A stretch of DNA of 64,000 nt from Isurus oxyrinchus (taxonomy: Eukaryota). The notes beneath the pieces were generated by a model. It made no database searches. It was given only the letters and a program-made list of their open reading frames with translations, and had not been told where the DNA came from. Where the stretch lies: contig JANJGN010000150.1 in assembly GCA_026770705.1 (NCBI GenBank), forward strand, positions 62,001 through 126,000, written 5' to 3'. This document shows positions 23,370-36,175 of this stretch, in pieces. The translations under genes and the position numbers were made by a program. Numbering within the stretch: the first letter of the stretch is position 1; each line of letters begins with the position of its first letter.

Positions 23370-26300
23370 ACTTCAAAGATGCTTCCTCAGTTTCTGTAGT
23401 GTGGAATCTCACCATTCCCTCTTGCAGCTGCTGGCATTTGTGTTGTGCTAAATGGACTAGATCAATTGACAGACTTGCATTCTCCAGCCGGTGTAATGTT
23501 GGAGCTCCTTTGAAACTGCCAATGTTGTTGAAACTTTCTGCATATTTCAATGTTATGTCATGAACTGAGGTGAAAGGGTAGTACGTGAAAGTGGGACAAA
23601 AATAAATCCATTGGCTTTTGACCAGACCAGACAATCCTGGCAGTGGGTGGGGCCAGAAAATCCAACCCCTATGGGAGATTTTCAGTTTATTTGATGTGCC
23701 CAGAGAGATCAATAAAGACAACAATCCATTATTTATTGGCAAGCCACGTCAGGATATGTGTGAGAGGTGGAATATCGATCACCGCTCCTAGTCTCGTCGT
23801 GTACATCATCGCCATTTCCTGGTTTGTCAGTCACCACATGTCTAAGTTCCTGATGGGATACCGGATGGTCATTCTTATTGCTTGAAGGTTCCCCGTTGTG
23901 TAGGGTCTGTTTGGATCAGCCCACGGCTCTTTGTAGCTGCATCAGCCTTTGCTCTAGTGCCCTGCCGCTGTCAATGGCCCTTTCTGCCAAAAGCCTTGCA
24001 GGATTGGTGGAAAGCTGGGCATTTCCTTGGTGCCTGCAGAAGGCCACACCTTCCACACGTCTCACTAGGTTTGGATGTTCTAGTGAGTGTGTCAACAATT
24101 GCTGTTGTACTGAGGACCTGTAAGCTACGTTGACCTGCGAGGATCACTTCGTAATTATGTCCATCCTTGAGTAGCTCTTCAATGCTATAGGTTTTGGTCT
24201 TATCTAGCAGATCTTTCTGGAAGGCCTCCATGGGAGTGGATGCGATCGCCAACTCAACAACTGTGTCTGCAGGCTCTGTGTTTGAAATCACAGTGCGTAC
24301 CCTTTTCTCTACATCGGCTGATGAAGTGGTCTATGGATTGTGTAGGCTGATGAAATGACATAAACTCTAGTTGATGAATATGGAGTTTAACCTGATTCTG
24401 ACCCTGTCTTCCAATATCGTCCATATCTATTGGGGATCCTTTCGCTCTTCTGCTGTTAATGCTGATGTGTTCAGCCTGTGTAGACCTTCATTCCCAATCG
24501 CGAGGTGAATTTTTATGGCTTCTTCGTCTGGTTCAGTCACACCTGAATCAGGAAACCAGAGCTCTGTACGCTGTTTAAACATTCTGAATTCAGATAGTCG
24601 GTCAGCTCCATCCCAGTTCAAACTGGGGAATTTCGTGGAGATTCTGAAAATATTCCTTTGACCTTCCTTATCCTACAGGATCTGGGATGAGTGTCGCTTT
24701 AGCCCCTTTTGTGTGCTTTTCCGAAGCTCTGCCCACGGAGACGGGTTGTGGCAGGAACACACCACGGAGTAATGGAGTCTTTGTTTTTTATTCAATTTGC
24801 TGTTCAGCAATCTCGAAGCCGCCCGTTATAATCACTAACTTCTCTGGGCTGATTTTTATAATGGTTTTTGTGTGTTTGACTCTCCCTCACTCACTATCGA
24901 TCCAGCCCACACCCTGGTCACTCGCCTTCCCTGACTGAGCTAACCTGCTGCTGGTCCTGGCGATACACACTGTCCCACTCACTGACCTACAGGCCGTGTG
25001 CTGTAATCTCACCACGAGGGATGCGTCTGCTCCCCAGCTCTTTACTTGAGCTCTTTCCCGTCACTGTGTCTTCAAAGGTTTCCTGAGCAGTCAGTACACT
25101 GCGATTTCAACCCTCTCTGATGCTGTGTCTCTGTTGTGGTCTGACCAAAGCGTCGAGGGTCATCTCATGTCATGTAGCTCGATCTAAGGCTGTTCACCAC
25201 GTCATACCTGTACTGAATCTTGCTGCCAGAATGTTTGGCCACTGCTGATCACCATGTTGTGTTTTTATAATGATATAAAGGCACCAGCCACTGATACGGA
25301 ATTGGGTAAATACATTGTGGGTTCAGTTATTTAGAACAGGGACATGAGAACAGATATACAAGGATAGAAAGCTGGGAGACACCTGCAGCCAAACTGTGTG
25401 AGCTGTGTTCTGCTCACAGGCCAAAGTGAAACTTGGACTGGATGGTGTTATCATCCCAGCTGATGTTACTACTGGGCAACTCAGATCCCAGGGTGGAACT
25501 CAGCTTGATAGGTCCTAACTTTTATTTTTTATTTAGGAATGTGGAGTGCAGCTACTGAACAGAGTCACAGGAGTCATCTGATGAACTTCTAACTAAAGAA
25601 TAAAACATTTATTAAACTAGGAAAGACAAACTATATTACATTACTCCTTCACCCAGACCTATACCTTTGCAGATTCATAAGTAGAACACATGTTACAATA
25701 GCTATCTTATACTCTCATGTTCACAATAAGTGCACAGTCGATGTAAACCAATAGACGACCTGTGGTCAGGGACACCACATTCAGAAAGAAACTGACAGAA
25801 CCCACTTGAAACAAATGCTATGTCTCCCTCCTCATCTGTCCCCAGACGTTTGTTACACTGTGGGACCACCAGTCTCACTGAACTGAGATATCCATATGAG
25901 GGTTTCCAATCTCCACTCTCCAAGAACTCGCTTTGGAATCTTCTCCAACATGACACTTTCACTCAGACACCTTCCACAAGGGTCCACTTTCACTATTTCA
26001 AACTCTCCTTCCCATGTTCCTGCCCCCTGGATCGCCACGTGCATTCAGCCTTCCTTCCACGCCCTGTCTCTCCAATGCTCAGCCATGTCAATGGAACACC
26101 ATGGCTTCACATGGCCGTAGTAATGAGTCACCAACCTGTGGTGTCTCCTAGGATCGTCTGGCTTCTCGCAAGCCTATTTTGCATTAGGCCTGTGTCCTGC
26201 TGCTTTCTCCCTTTATGCTTGAAGCCCTCTTCTGCTCCTCACTCTTAACTTCACTTAACAGGGCCTTTTCCAGATTTGACTAGAAGGTTTTCTTGGGCAC

Positions 26301-26759
26301 TTTCTCCTGTTCCACTCGATGGTTTTCGCTTCATCTTTACTTTGGGACTGACTATCTGTCCCGCTCCTTTGCTGCTTCTCCTGGCAACTCCTTTCAACAG
26401 AACTGAAAGTACTTTTCTGTTTTTCTCGGTCTCTGTGTGTCCCTCCCTCTGGATCACTGTTACTAGGCAACAGCACAGTTTATTCTACCTTGTGTTTGTT
26501 TTGACTTCCCTTCAAGAGTCATAAAAACTCATTAGATAGGTGGCTTCTTCCAAAGTGAAACCAAAACTCAAGTTCCCCCTTTTCAAAACACCCAAATACA
26601 GAAAGACAAACTAAACTTGAATTGAAAGATATACCTTATGCCTAATGCACACAAATAGACAGAGAGCTTCCTTAAGCCAACCCTAGTTCCGAAAAATCAC
26701 ATGACACACTTCCCCTCGAGTGATGTCATGCTGCTGTCCCTGAAAGGCATATTACAACA
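23370..26759 (-). mobile_element. Second copy of the same degenerate Gypsy element (part of a segmental duplication)
   Basis: Colinear and closely similar to 760-4146. Confidence 0.7.
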
Positions 26760-27385
26760 GTGTTATCACTTGGCAGGTGATGTGTGCCAGGCAGACCAAG
26801 TCCATGAGAGAAATGTGGTCACACGATCATAATGATTCTTGATTTTTTTATTTATTATGAGATGTGTGCACTGAATTCAGAAGCAATAAGTCCACCAAGA
26901 TCTTTAGAGATTTAAAAAAATAAATTAAAATATTTATCATCAAAATAAAAGATTTTAAGCACAGACGTAAGACTACAATGACTGCTATAATAACTCCTAA
27001 AATTCCTAATTAACCTGACTCCCAGTTACACTCCCTTTAAGGCAACAGACCAAAAATAGATGTTAGATTTGAAACAAACTCAGCAAGTTAACACAATGCC
27101 CTGGACAATGGAATTCCAAATGGATTTTCCCCAACTTCAGTTCTGTTGGATAGCAGGCTTGTGCACAAACAGGGTCCTGAGGACCATGAGCCAATGTAGA
27201 ATGAACTTGTCCACTCCTGTTTCCAGGATTCACTTCCATCTATTGTGATACCTTGGGGAGTTCATTGTGTGTCCTGTAGCTGGTCCACACTGCAGCCACT
27301 GTGCCCCAGTGAAGGAGGGGGTGGATATCGAGTCTAGTGGATTGACAAAACACACAGAGTAAAATATTGATATTTCTCTCCCCAG

Positions 27386-27772
27386 TTGGACTGTCCCAAG
27401 AGTGGAAAGGCAACACTCCACGAGAGGTGACAGCGCAGGAAGGTTCGTGTGTACAGATTCCATGTAATTACAGTTATCCAGCACGTTTAGTAGGGAAAGC
27501 ACGTGTCGGAATCTGGTATGTGATATGGTACACATGGAATACATGGAATACAAGGTCTAGCGGGATCATAGCATTTCACTCCAAGGATCACAATCGCGAG
27601 TTAACACGGTTACACCATCGGACCCGGCTGTCTGGAGACCTGAAAGATGGCGAATGTTCCCTGATTATAAACAACATCAGACGGGAAGATGCAGGATATT
27701 ATTATTTCAGAATAGAATTTGACGGCAACAATAGTTACAGCTACTATCCTGAAACCCAGCTTCATGTTTCTG
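27386..27772 (+). CDS. Gene C exon: first V-set domain (long Trp-rich C-C' loop)
   Basis: ccccag/gtaagt, 387 nt, essential Arg in YYFRIE, Siglec Cys pattern. Confidence 0.9.
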
Positions 27773-27999
27773 GTAAGTGCTGTGTTATAATTACTCAACA
27801 ATTCACATCCAACACTCAATGGGAAATAATAGTGTTTGATTTGCTTGTTTTTTGGCCGTGTTAACCAGCGTCACTATTTTTAATGATTTGTCTATTTCTG
27901 CTCCCAGATCCATGAGCTTATTGTATGTGATTGAATCCACATCATAGCTGTAACGTAAACCGAGCTGAGGGGTGATGACACCTCCCCCCTGAGTGAAGT

Positions 28000-29000
28000 G
28001 TCTCCTCCCCACTACACCTTCCACCCCTCACACTGTCCGTGTAAACCCCCGTCCCATCTCCAGCCTCTCTTTCACCTCCAAAGTCCTTCAACGTGTTTCC
28101 ATCTCCTGAATCCATTCCCATCTTTCCCGGAACTCCATGTTTGAATCCCTCCAATGAGGTTCCCACCCCAGCCACTGTGCTGAAACAGCTCTTATCAAGG
28201 TCACAAATGGCATCCTGTGTGACTGTGACAAAGGTCAACTTTCCCTCCTCGTCCTTCTCGATCTGTCTGCAGCCTTTGACACGCTCGACCACACCATCCT
28301 CCTCCAACACCTGTCCACTGTCGTCCAGCTGGGTGGGACTGCTCTCCCCTGGCTCCATTCTTATCCATCTCCTCGTAGCCAGAGAATCACTTGCAATAGC
28401 TTTGCAGCATCATCTGAACAGTGTTAGTTTTCACCTGTCCACTGAGGATCCCCAGCTCTACCTCACCACCACCTCTCTCGACTCCTCCACTGCTGCTAAA
28501 TTATCAGGCTGCTTATCTGACATCCAGTACTGGATGGGCAGAAATTCCCTCCAATTAAATATTGGAAAGACTGAAGCCATTGTCTTCATTCCCCGCTCCA
28601 AGCTCTGTTCCCTCGCGACCAACTCCATTCCTCTCCCTGGCAGCTCTCTGAGATTGAAGACAATCTGTTCACAGCTTTGTTGTCCCATTTGATCCTGAGA
28701 TGAGCTTCCGGCCTCATATCTGCGCCCTCACTAACACCGTCTATTTCCACCTCCGTAACATCGCACAACATCACCCTGTCTCAGCTCATCTGCTGCTGAA
28801 ACCCTCATCCACGCCTTCATTACCTCCAGACTCGACTGTTCCAACACACGCTCCATACTCCATAAACTTGAGGCCATCCAAAACTGCTGACCGCGTCCTT
28901 ACTCACACCAAGTCCCGTTCCCTTATCACCCGCTCTGCTCGATGACCGAGACTGGCTCCTGGTCAAGCAAAGTCTCAATGTCCAAATTTTCATCTTTGTT
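28000..29000 (+). mobile_element. L2-like LINE fragment
   Basis: Motif-like remnants (EDPQLY, LQLNIGKTEAIVF) typical of L2 RT. Confidence 0.65.
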
Positions 29001-29004
29001 TCCT

Positions 29005-29660
29005 CATTATCCCTGTAATCTCCTCTTCCACCTCCAGCCCCTACAACCCACCCTATCTCTGTAACCTCCTCCAGCCCCTACAACACTCCCAATCTCTGTA
29101 AATTATTTCAGTCCCTATAACCACCCCTCCCTCATAAACCTCTTCCAGCTCCAACAACGGTCCATTTCTCTGTAACCTTCTCCAACCGCTGCAACAACCC
29201 CTATCTCTGTAACGTCCTCCAGTCTCTACAGCACTCTCTATCTCTGTAACCTCCTCCAGTCCCTATAAAACTCCCAATCTCTATAACCCCATCCTGTACC
29301 TACAAACCCCCTATCTCCATAACATTTCCCATTCCCGTCCACCCTCCCTATCTCTGTCACCATCTTTATCTCCTAAAGCCTCCCTTTCACTGCAAATTTC
29401 TCCAGTCCCTCCAAACCCCCTGTCTCTGTAACCTACTCATGCCCCTAATGCCTCCCTTACCCTGTAACATCCACCAGTCCCTACACCGACTCCCCTTTCA
29501 CTGTAACTCCTCCAGCCCCTACAACCCTCCCTATCTCTGTAACCTCCTGCATACTCTACAACCCTCCCTAGCTCTGTGAACTCCTACAGCCTCTCCAAAT
29601 TTTCCTAATTTGTAGCCTCTCTGCAGCCTCTGTACAAACTACAGCACCTACAACCCCCCG
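29005..29660 (+). repeat. Degenerate ~37-bp minisatellite (ctacaaccctccctatctctgtaacctcctccagccc)
   Basis: Tandem degenerate units. Confidence 0.75.
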
Positions 29661-30519
29661 AGATCACTGCGCTCCTCCAATTCCAAACTCTTGACCATCA
29701 CCGGATGCTATCGCTCCAAAATTGGCGGCCGTGCCTTCAGCTGCCTGGGACCATAAGCTCTGGAATTCCCACCCGAAACCTCTCCAACTCTCTCTCTCTC
29801 TCTCTCTGTCTCTGTCTCTTTTTCTCTTTCTCTCTGTCTCTCCAAAACACCGACCTCTTCTGGCCAGCTGTCGCTAATATCTCCACATGTGTCTGTGTGA
29901 CATACTTTGTTTTATGACACTCTTGTGTAGCACCTTGGGGTGATTTGTCATGTTAAAGTTGTTGTGTAAATATAAGTTGTTGCCCTTTGACCCGCGACCC
30001 CAGCTCGAGTCTTATTTTTGAGGGAATGTACAACCTCCTTAGATTTCTGACCAAAATGTCATTTGATTATTTTTACTGAGCGAATGCCAAGCCCCGATAC
30101 CGAGTGAGAGCCTCCTCATTTGCGGAGTTTAAGGTGATGAGTCAGCCCCTTAGTCCGTAGAGGGGATTCTCCTCGGTAATGTGCAGCCTTGTTTGTGTCT
30201 CTCCACAAGCGCATGAGGGGTTTGTACAGAGGCTGCAGCGCTGGAGGGGGTCTGCACAGGGGTCCTGGCCTGTCCTGAGCCGGTTTTAGCAAGGACCACT
30301 CTGGCCTTGGCAGCTGAAAGCCAGCCATTGGACAGACGGGGCCTGTCACAAGGAGCCTGTTAGTCACTCCCCCCCGTGTCTCCTGTGCTCGGATCCAGAC
30401 CATGTTGGCTGGTGGACCTGGCTCAGGAAGGGTCCTCCCCATGGGACCCCCAGATGGAAGGTGGGTCGAGCGGGTCAGTCACTTGCATGTTTATTCTGCA
30501 GCTTTAATATTTTAAGAAG

Positions 30520-31355
30520 GTAAGAATGTAGGAACATAAGAAATAGGGACAGGAGCAGGCCATTCAGCCCCTCGAGCCTGCTCTCACTGATCTGGTTGTG
30601 GCCTTAACTCCATTTTCCTGCCTGTCCCCCAAACCCTTGACTCCCTTGTCGATCAAAAACCTGCCTCACTCAGCCTTGAGTCTATTCAATGGCCCAGCCT
30701 CCACTGCTCTCTGGGGAAGAGAATTCCACAGGCTAGCGCCCCTCTGAGAGAGGAAATTCCTCCTCATCTCAGTCTTAAATGGGGGAGCCCTCATTCCGAA
30801 ACTGTGCTCCCTGGTTCTAGATTCCCCCACGAGGGGGAAACATCCTCCCAGCATCCACCCTGTCAAGCCCCCTCGGAATCGGATATGTTTCAATAAGGTC
30901 ACGCCTCATTCTTCTAAACTCCAATGGATACAGGCCCAACCTGCTCAACATTTCCTCACAGGACAGACCCTTTAATCCCAGGAATCAGCCCAGTGCACCT
31001 CCTCTGAACTGCCTCCAATGCAAGTCTATCCATCCCTAAGTAAGGAGACCAGAACTGTATACACTGCTCCTGATACAATCGCACCCTATACAGTTGTAGC
31101 AAGACTTCCCTCCTTTTATACTCCATCCCTTTGCAATAAAGACCAACATTCCACTTGCCTTCCTCATTCCGTGGTGTTCCTGAATGCTGACTTTCTGTGA
31201 TTCATGTACCAGGACACCCAGATCCCTCTGTACTGCATTCTGCCCCCTCTCTCGATTTAAATAATATCCTGTTTTTCTATTCTTCCTGACAATATAATTT
31301 GTTGCATTCCTCCTCATTATTGACCATCCCCCCAATTCAGCCTCATCTGTAAATA
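30520..31355 (-). mobile_element. CR1 LINE 3' fragment abutting the internal V exon
   Basis: QRDLGVLVHESQKVS and LWNSLPQRAVEA remnants. Confidence 0.75.
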
Positions 31356-31413
31356 TCAGGTTCAGTGGATCCACAAAACATCCAGAGTTAAATATTGAGA
31401 TTTCTCTCCCCAG

Positions 31414-31779
31414 CTGAACCCTCACAAGAGTGGAAAGGTGACACTCCACAAGAGGTGACAGTGCAGGAAGGTTCGTGTGTACAGATTCCGTGTCATTACA
31501 GTTATCCATTGTGTCTGGAAAACCAACCGCGAGGTGGAGTCTGGTTTAATAATGAGGAACGGGAAACATCGTCTATAGCCTTTCACTCCAAGGATCACAG
31601 TCACGAGTTACCACGGTTCCACCATCGGACCCGACTGTCTGGAGACCTGAAAGATGGCGACTGTTCTCTGATTATAAACAACATCACACGGGAAGATGCA
31701 GGACCTTATTATTTCAGAATAGAATTTGACAGCAGAAATAGATACAACTATTATCCTGTAACCCAGCTTCACGTTTCTG
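31414..31779 (+). CDS. Gene C exon: second (internal) V-set domain, AEPSQEW start
   Basis: ccccag/gtaagt, 366 nt, YYFRIE; extra Cys in YPLCLEN. Confidence 0.9.
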
Positions 31780-32150
31780 GTAAGTGCTGTGTTATAATTA
31801 CTCAACAATTCACATTCAACACTCAATGGGAAATAACACAAACTGTGACGTTTACATATTAACACAAAACACAGCTTATTATAACACGCTGTCTGATTCT
31901 CAATAACCTGGTGATAGCTTCCAGTTCAGTCCTAAAACAACCTCTAATACTCACTTTAATATCAATGATTAAATGTATTCCACTTCCATTGATCACTCTA
32001 ATCGTGTCTAACAGTCTATCAGGATCGTTGAAACATCTCAGTTCTGATATCATCCTTGTAAAAGTGCTTTCTCTTGTGGGTCTGTGGTTTCTATTTGAGC
32101 TGACGCTTCATGTTATATTTCCCTAAAAGGATCCATTCTCTGTCTGTTAG

Positions 32151-32441
32151 ATTTCACAGATAAACCCACGATATTCCCTGCTGAAATTATTGCAGGAAAG
32201 CGTGTGGATGTAAGCTGCACCTTCAACACAACGTGCAATGGAACAGCAGCACCTGTCTTAACCTGGGACACTCCCACTGACGTACCTGGATCAGTCTCAA
32301 ACACTGTAACTCAGCATGGTGTCACTCTGACCTATACTTCTGTTCTGACCCTGATCCCATCACTCAAACACCACGGACACACTCTGAGAGTGAGATATCC
32401 ATCTGTTTCATCGGAGCGGACCCTCGTACTAACTGTGCAAG
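32151..32441 (+). CDS. Gene C exon: C2-set domain with in-frame 6-nt deletion removing the F-strand Cys (HTLRVRY vs HTLSCRVRY)
   Basis: ttag/gtaagt; 291 nt versus 297 nt in the paralogues. Confidence 0.85.
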
Positions 32442-32601
32442 GTAAGTACAGACATCCTTTATTCTACATTGGCCATTATAGTCCACATGCTACACAGTAA
32501 AAACCCATAAAATACAGTTTGTTTAACAACAGATCATCTGCTTTTATTGATAAAAATTCACCTCTGACATTGCAGAGCTCCCTTCCTACTGACCCCCCGA
32601 C

Positions 32602-33475
32602 NNNNNNNNNNNNNNNNNNNNNNNNNNNNNNNNNNNNNNNNNNNNNNNNNNNNNNNNNNNNNNNNNNNNNNNNNNNNNNNNNNNNNNNNNNNNNNNNNNN
32701 NNNNNNNNNNNNNNNNNNNNNNNNNNNNNNNNNNNNNNNNNNNNNNNNNNNNNNAGACATACGCACACACATACACAGATGCACACACACAGACAGAGAT
32801 ACACATAGATGCACACACAGAGACACATACACACCGATGCNNNNNNNNNNNNNNNNNNNNNNNNNNNNNNNNNNNNNNNNNNNNNNNNNNNNNNNNNNNN
32901 NNNNNNNNNNNNNNNNNNNNNNNNNNNNNNNNNNNNNNNNNNNNNNNNNNNNNNNNNNNNNNNNNNNNNNNNNNNNNNNNNNNNNNNNNNNNNNNNNNNN
33001 NNNNNNNNNNNNNNNNNNNNNNNNNNNNNNNNNNNNNNNNNNNNNNNNNNNNNNNNNNNNNNNNNNNNNNNNNNNNNNNNNNNNNNNNNNNNNNNNNNNN
33101 NNNNNNNNNNNNNNNNNNNNNNNNNNNNNNNNNNNNNNNNNNNNNNNNNNNNNNNNNNNNNNNNNNNNNNNNNNNNNNNNNNNNNNNNNNNNNNNNNNNN
33201 NNNNNNNNNNNNNNNNNNNNNNNNNNNNNNNNNNNNNNNNNNNNNNNNNNNNNNNNNNNNNNNNNNNNNNNNNNNNNNNNNNNNNNNNNNNNNNNNNNNN
33301 NNNNNNNNNNNNNNNNNNNNNNNNNNNNNNNNNNNNNNNNNNNNNNNNNNNNNNNNNNNNNNNNNNNNNNNNNNNNNNNNNNNNNNNNNNNNNNNNNNNN
33401 NNNNNNNNNNNNNNNNNNNNNNNNNNNNNNNNNNNNNNNNNNNNNNNNNNNNNNNNNNNNNNNNNNNNNNNNNNN
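32602..33475. other. N gaps (32602-32754, 32841-33475) in AC-rich sequence; other gaps at 50935-51156, 51927-52129, 62779-62931
   Basis: Runs of n flanked by (AC)n microsatellites. Confidence 0.98.
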
Positions 33476-34754
33476 CGCAGACACACACACACACATACAG
33501 ACACACACACACACAGACATACGCACACACACAGACACACACACACATCCACATCGACTAACACAGACACACACACAGGAATACGCACACACACAGACAC
33601 ACACACACAGAGACACACAAACATCCACATACACAAACACAGACACATACACACACACACAGACATACGCACACACAGTTCCTGATCTCTCAGTTCCGCA
33701 CTGGATCACTCTGGATCACTGTCCTGGTTTTTGGGCTGTGTTGAAACATTCAGTTTGGACTCTCTTTAAAACCGATCTCTTTGACAAAGCTTTTGGTGAA
33801 ACAAACATACGAACACAGGAATGAGGAGCAGCAGGAGGCCACTCAGCCCCTCGAGCCTGTTCCATCTTTCCATAAGGTCATGGATGATCTGATTGTAACC
33901 TCAACCCCACATTCCCTGCTCACCCTTGATGACCTTTCACCCCTTTGTGAATCAAGAACCTATCAAGCTTCACCTTATTCTCCCTGTCAAAATGGACAAT
34001 TTCATCTTTTCCCACGTTATACACTATTTGCCAGATTTTGCCCATTCACTTAAAACTCTGTGTCACTTTGTAGGCTCCTTATGTCCCCTTCACAAGGTCA
34101 TCTGTCCCTAACATCACCTCATGTGACTCAGGGTCTAGACAGGTTTTAGTCAACAGTGAACAGGCAGAAATTGGAGTTTGATTAATAACCAAATATTTCA
34201 TTGATAAAATTATCAATAATTGTTACATTGAAAAGGGTGACCTGTATTTATTGAATGATCAGATTGTCCCAAAACACTTTACAGTCAATGAGATATATTT
34301 GAAGCAATGTCATGTTGTAATGTAGGAAATACGGCACCAAAATGTGTACAGCAAGATCCCACACAAGGTGACAGTGATCTGATAATGGATTATTTTAGTG
34401 AGGTTGGTTGATACGTATATAGAGATCACATGTATAGGGTGGGTCACTAATGTCCATTTAGTGAGGAAAACCTGTCCATTTTAACAGGTCTGGGTGTATA
34501 AGTGACTCCAGTCTGTAACACCAACATGGTTAACTCTTACCTGCCCTCTGAACTGGTCTCCCAGTTTGGGACAAACCAGTGGTTCAGGAGGAAGACCCCC
34601 CACCACCTTCTCAAGGGGAAACTAGGGATGGACAATAAATGTCAGCATTGCCCGAGAATGAGTATTTAAACACTGAGTGAGTGTATCGCTTCTCGAGATA
34701 CATCGGAGCATCATTGTAAACCTGTAGTGCAGTAATTAATGGCTGTTTTTACAG

Positions 34755-34851
34755 GTAGAGACTCCAGTAAATGGACAGTAGGATTGTACACGGCTGGGAT
34801 CATGTTGAGTGTTTTCCTGGCTGGAATCTTCATCTTCATCTGTGTGAGAAA
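34755..34851 (+). CDS. Gene C TM exon (RDSSKWTVGLYTAGIMLSVFLAGIFIFICVRK), uncharged TM
   Basis: ttttacag/gtaagt, phase 1-2; near-identical paralogue at 56842-56938. Confidence 0.88.
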
Positions 34852-35379
34852 GTAAGTCTGAAGATTTAACTTGATTTTAATATAAACATTTGCTTCAATG
34901 CTCTTTCCTTAAGTCGGTAATTGTTTCCCTTGGGATCAGCACCAGGTCCCTCTCTGTAAGTGATCCCTGTGTCCACTATGATCCGGAGAGAACCTTTCAT
35001 TGTCCTGTATCCAGGTAAACAATCACGAGACCCAGAGATTCCTCACTCTGCACGATTACTCCAGGATTGTATCAGGTCACCTTGTGATTCCACACAAGCG
35101 GAGTGACCACACCCCGAAGATTGGTTCATTCACCGGGAATGGCTTTGCAATGTTCCAGGGACTTGAATAAGTAACTGTACATTCCCACGTTGTATCTGCC
35201 TCTCTCTGATTTAGATTCACAGGGATGATATCAGAACTGAGAGGTTATAACCATCACAAAGATTGAACAGTCTGGGTAGTGGGACTAATTGGACAGTTCT
35301 TACAAAGGGCCAGCACAGGCACGATGGGCTGAGTGGCTTCTTCCTAAGCTGCGAGATTTTAAATCCCTACATCGAATGT

Positions 35380-35822
35380 GGCTGTCACTGGTGAGGCCGC
35401 TATTAATTGCCCATCTCTAATTGCCCCTTGAGAAGGTGGGGGTGAGCTGCCTTCTTGACCCGCTGCAGTCCATGTGGTGTAGGTACACCCACAGTGCTGT
35501 TAGAGAGGGAGTTCCAGGATTTTAACCCAGCGACAGTGAAGGAACGGTGATATATTTCCAAGTCAGGATGGTGAGTGACTTGGAGGGGAACTTCCAGGTT
35601 GTGGTGTTCCCATGTGTCTGCTGCCCTTGTCCTTCTAGATGGTAGAGGTCGCGCGTTTGGAAGGTGCTGTTGAAGGAGCCTTGCTGAGTTGCTGCAGTGC
35701 ATCTTGTAGATGGTACACACACTGCTGCCACTGTGTGTTCATGGTGGAGGGAGTGAATGTTTAATGTGGGGGATGGGGTGTCGATCAATCGGGCTGCTTT
35801 GTTCTGGATGGTGTCGAGCTTC
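35380..35822 (-). mobile_element. LINE 3' end fragment (CR1/L2 clade)
   Basis: Reverse complement of the same family as 39780-40510 and 60800-61270. Confidence 0.7.
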
Positions 35823-35958
35823 TTAATTCTGTGCTTTGTGCAGAAGTGATTTAAAGAGACAGTCCAGTCGTTGGTGTAAGTTTACAGTGGGCTCTGTGTC
35901 TGTGCTGCACTGACTCTCTGCTATATGATAACCACAGTGTGATATTGTGTTATTGCAG

Positions 35959-36040
35959 GAGAAAGACAGCGACGCAGGAGAGAGTTTCAGGGACCAGTGA
36001 CATTGCATTGACCCCCAGTCCACTCTCTGTGAAGCACCAG
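35959..36040 (+). CDS. Gene C cytoplasmic exon 1 (RKTATQERVSGTSDIALTPSPLSVKHQ)
   Basis: ttgcag/gtacag, phase 2-0; paralogue at 57611-57692. Confidence 0.82.
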
Positions 36041-36175
36041 GTACAGGAGCTGTTTGCACTCACTCCAAAGCTTCAATCTCAGTGTGTAGACAACACGTGT
36101 CCCAGATTCCCTGCCCAGTTACCCACTGATTTGTACCTGTGGAGTCAGCAATGGTTCAGTATCATGCTGTCTCTC

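Larger units (their letters stand above)
22614..27828 (+). repeat. Segmental duplicate of 1-5210 (intron retroelement block plus V exon)
   Basis: Colinear high similarity from catagtgtcgctgagcagg through tgggaaataa. Confidence 0.92.

Noticed and set aside
32476-33709. 300-400 aa ORFs
   Set aside because: Artefacts of N runs and AC microsatellite.
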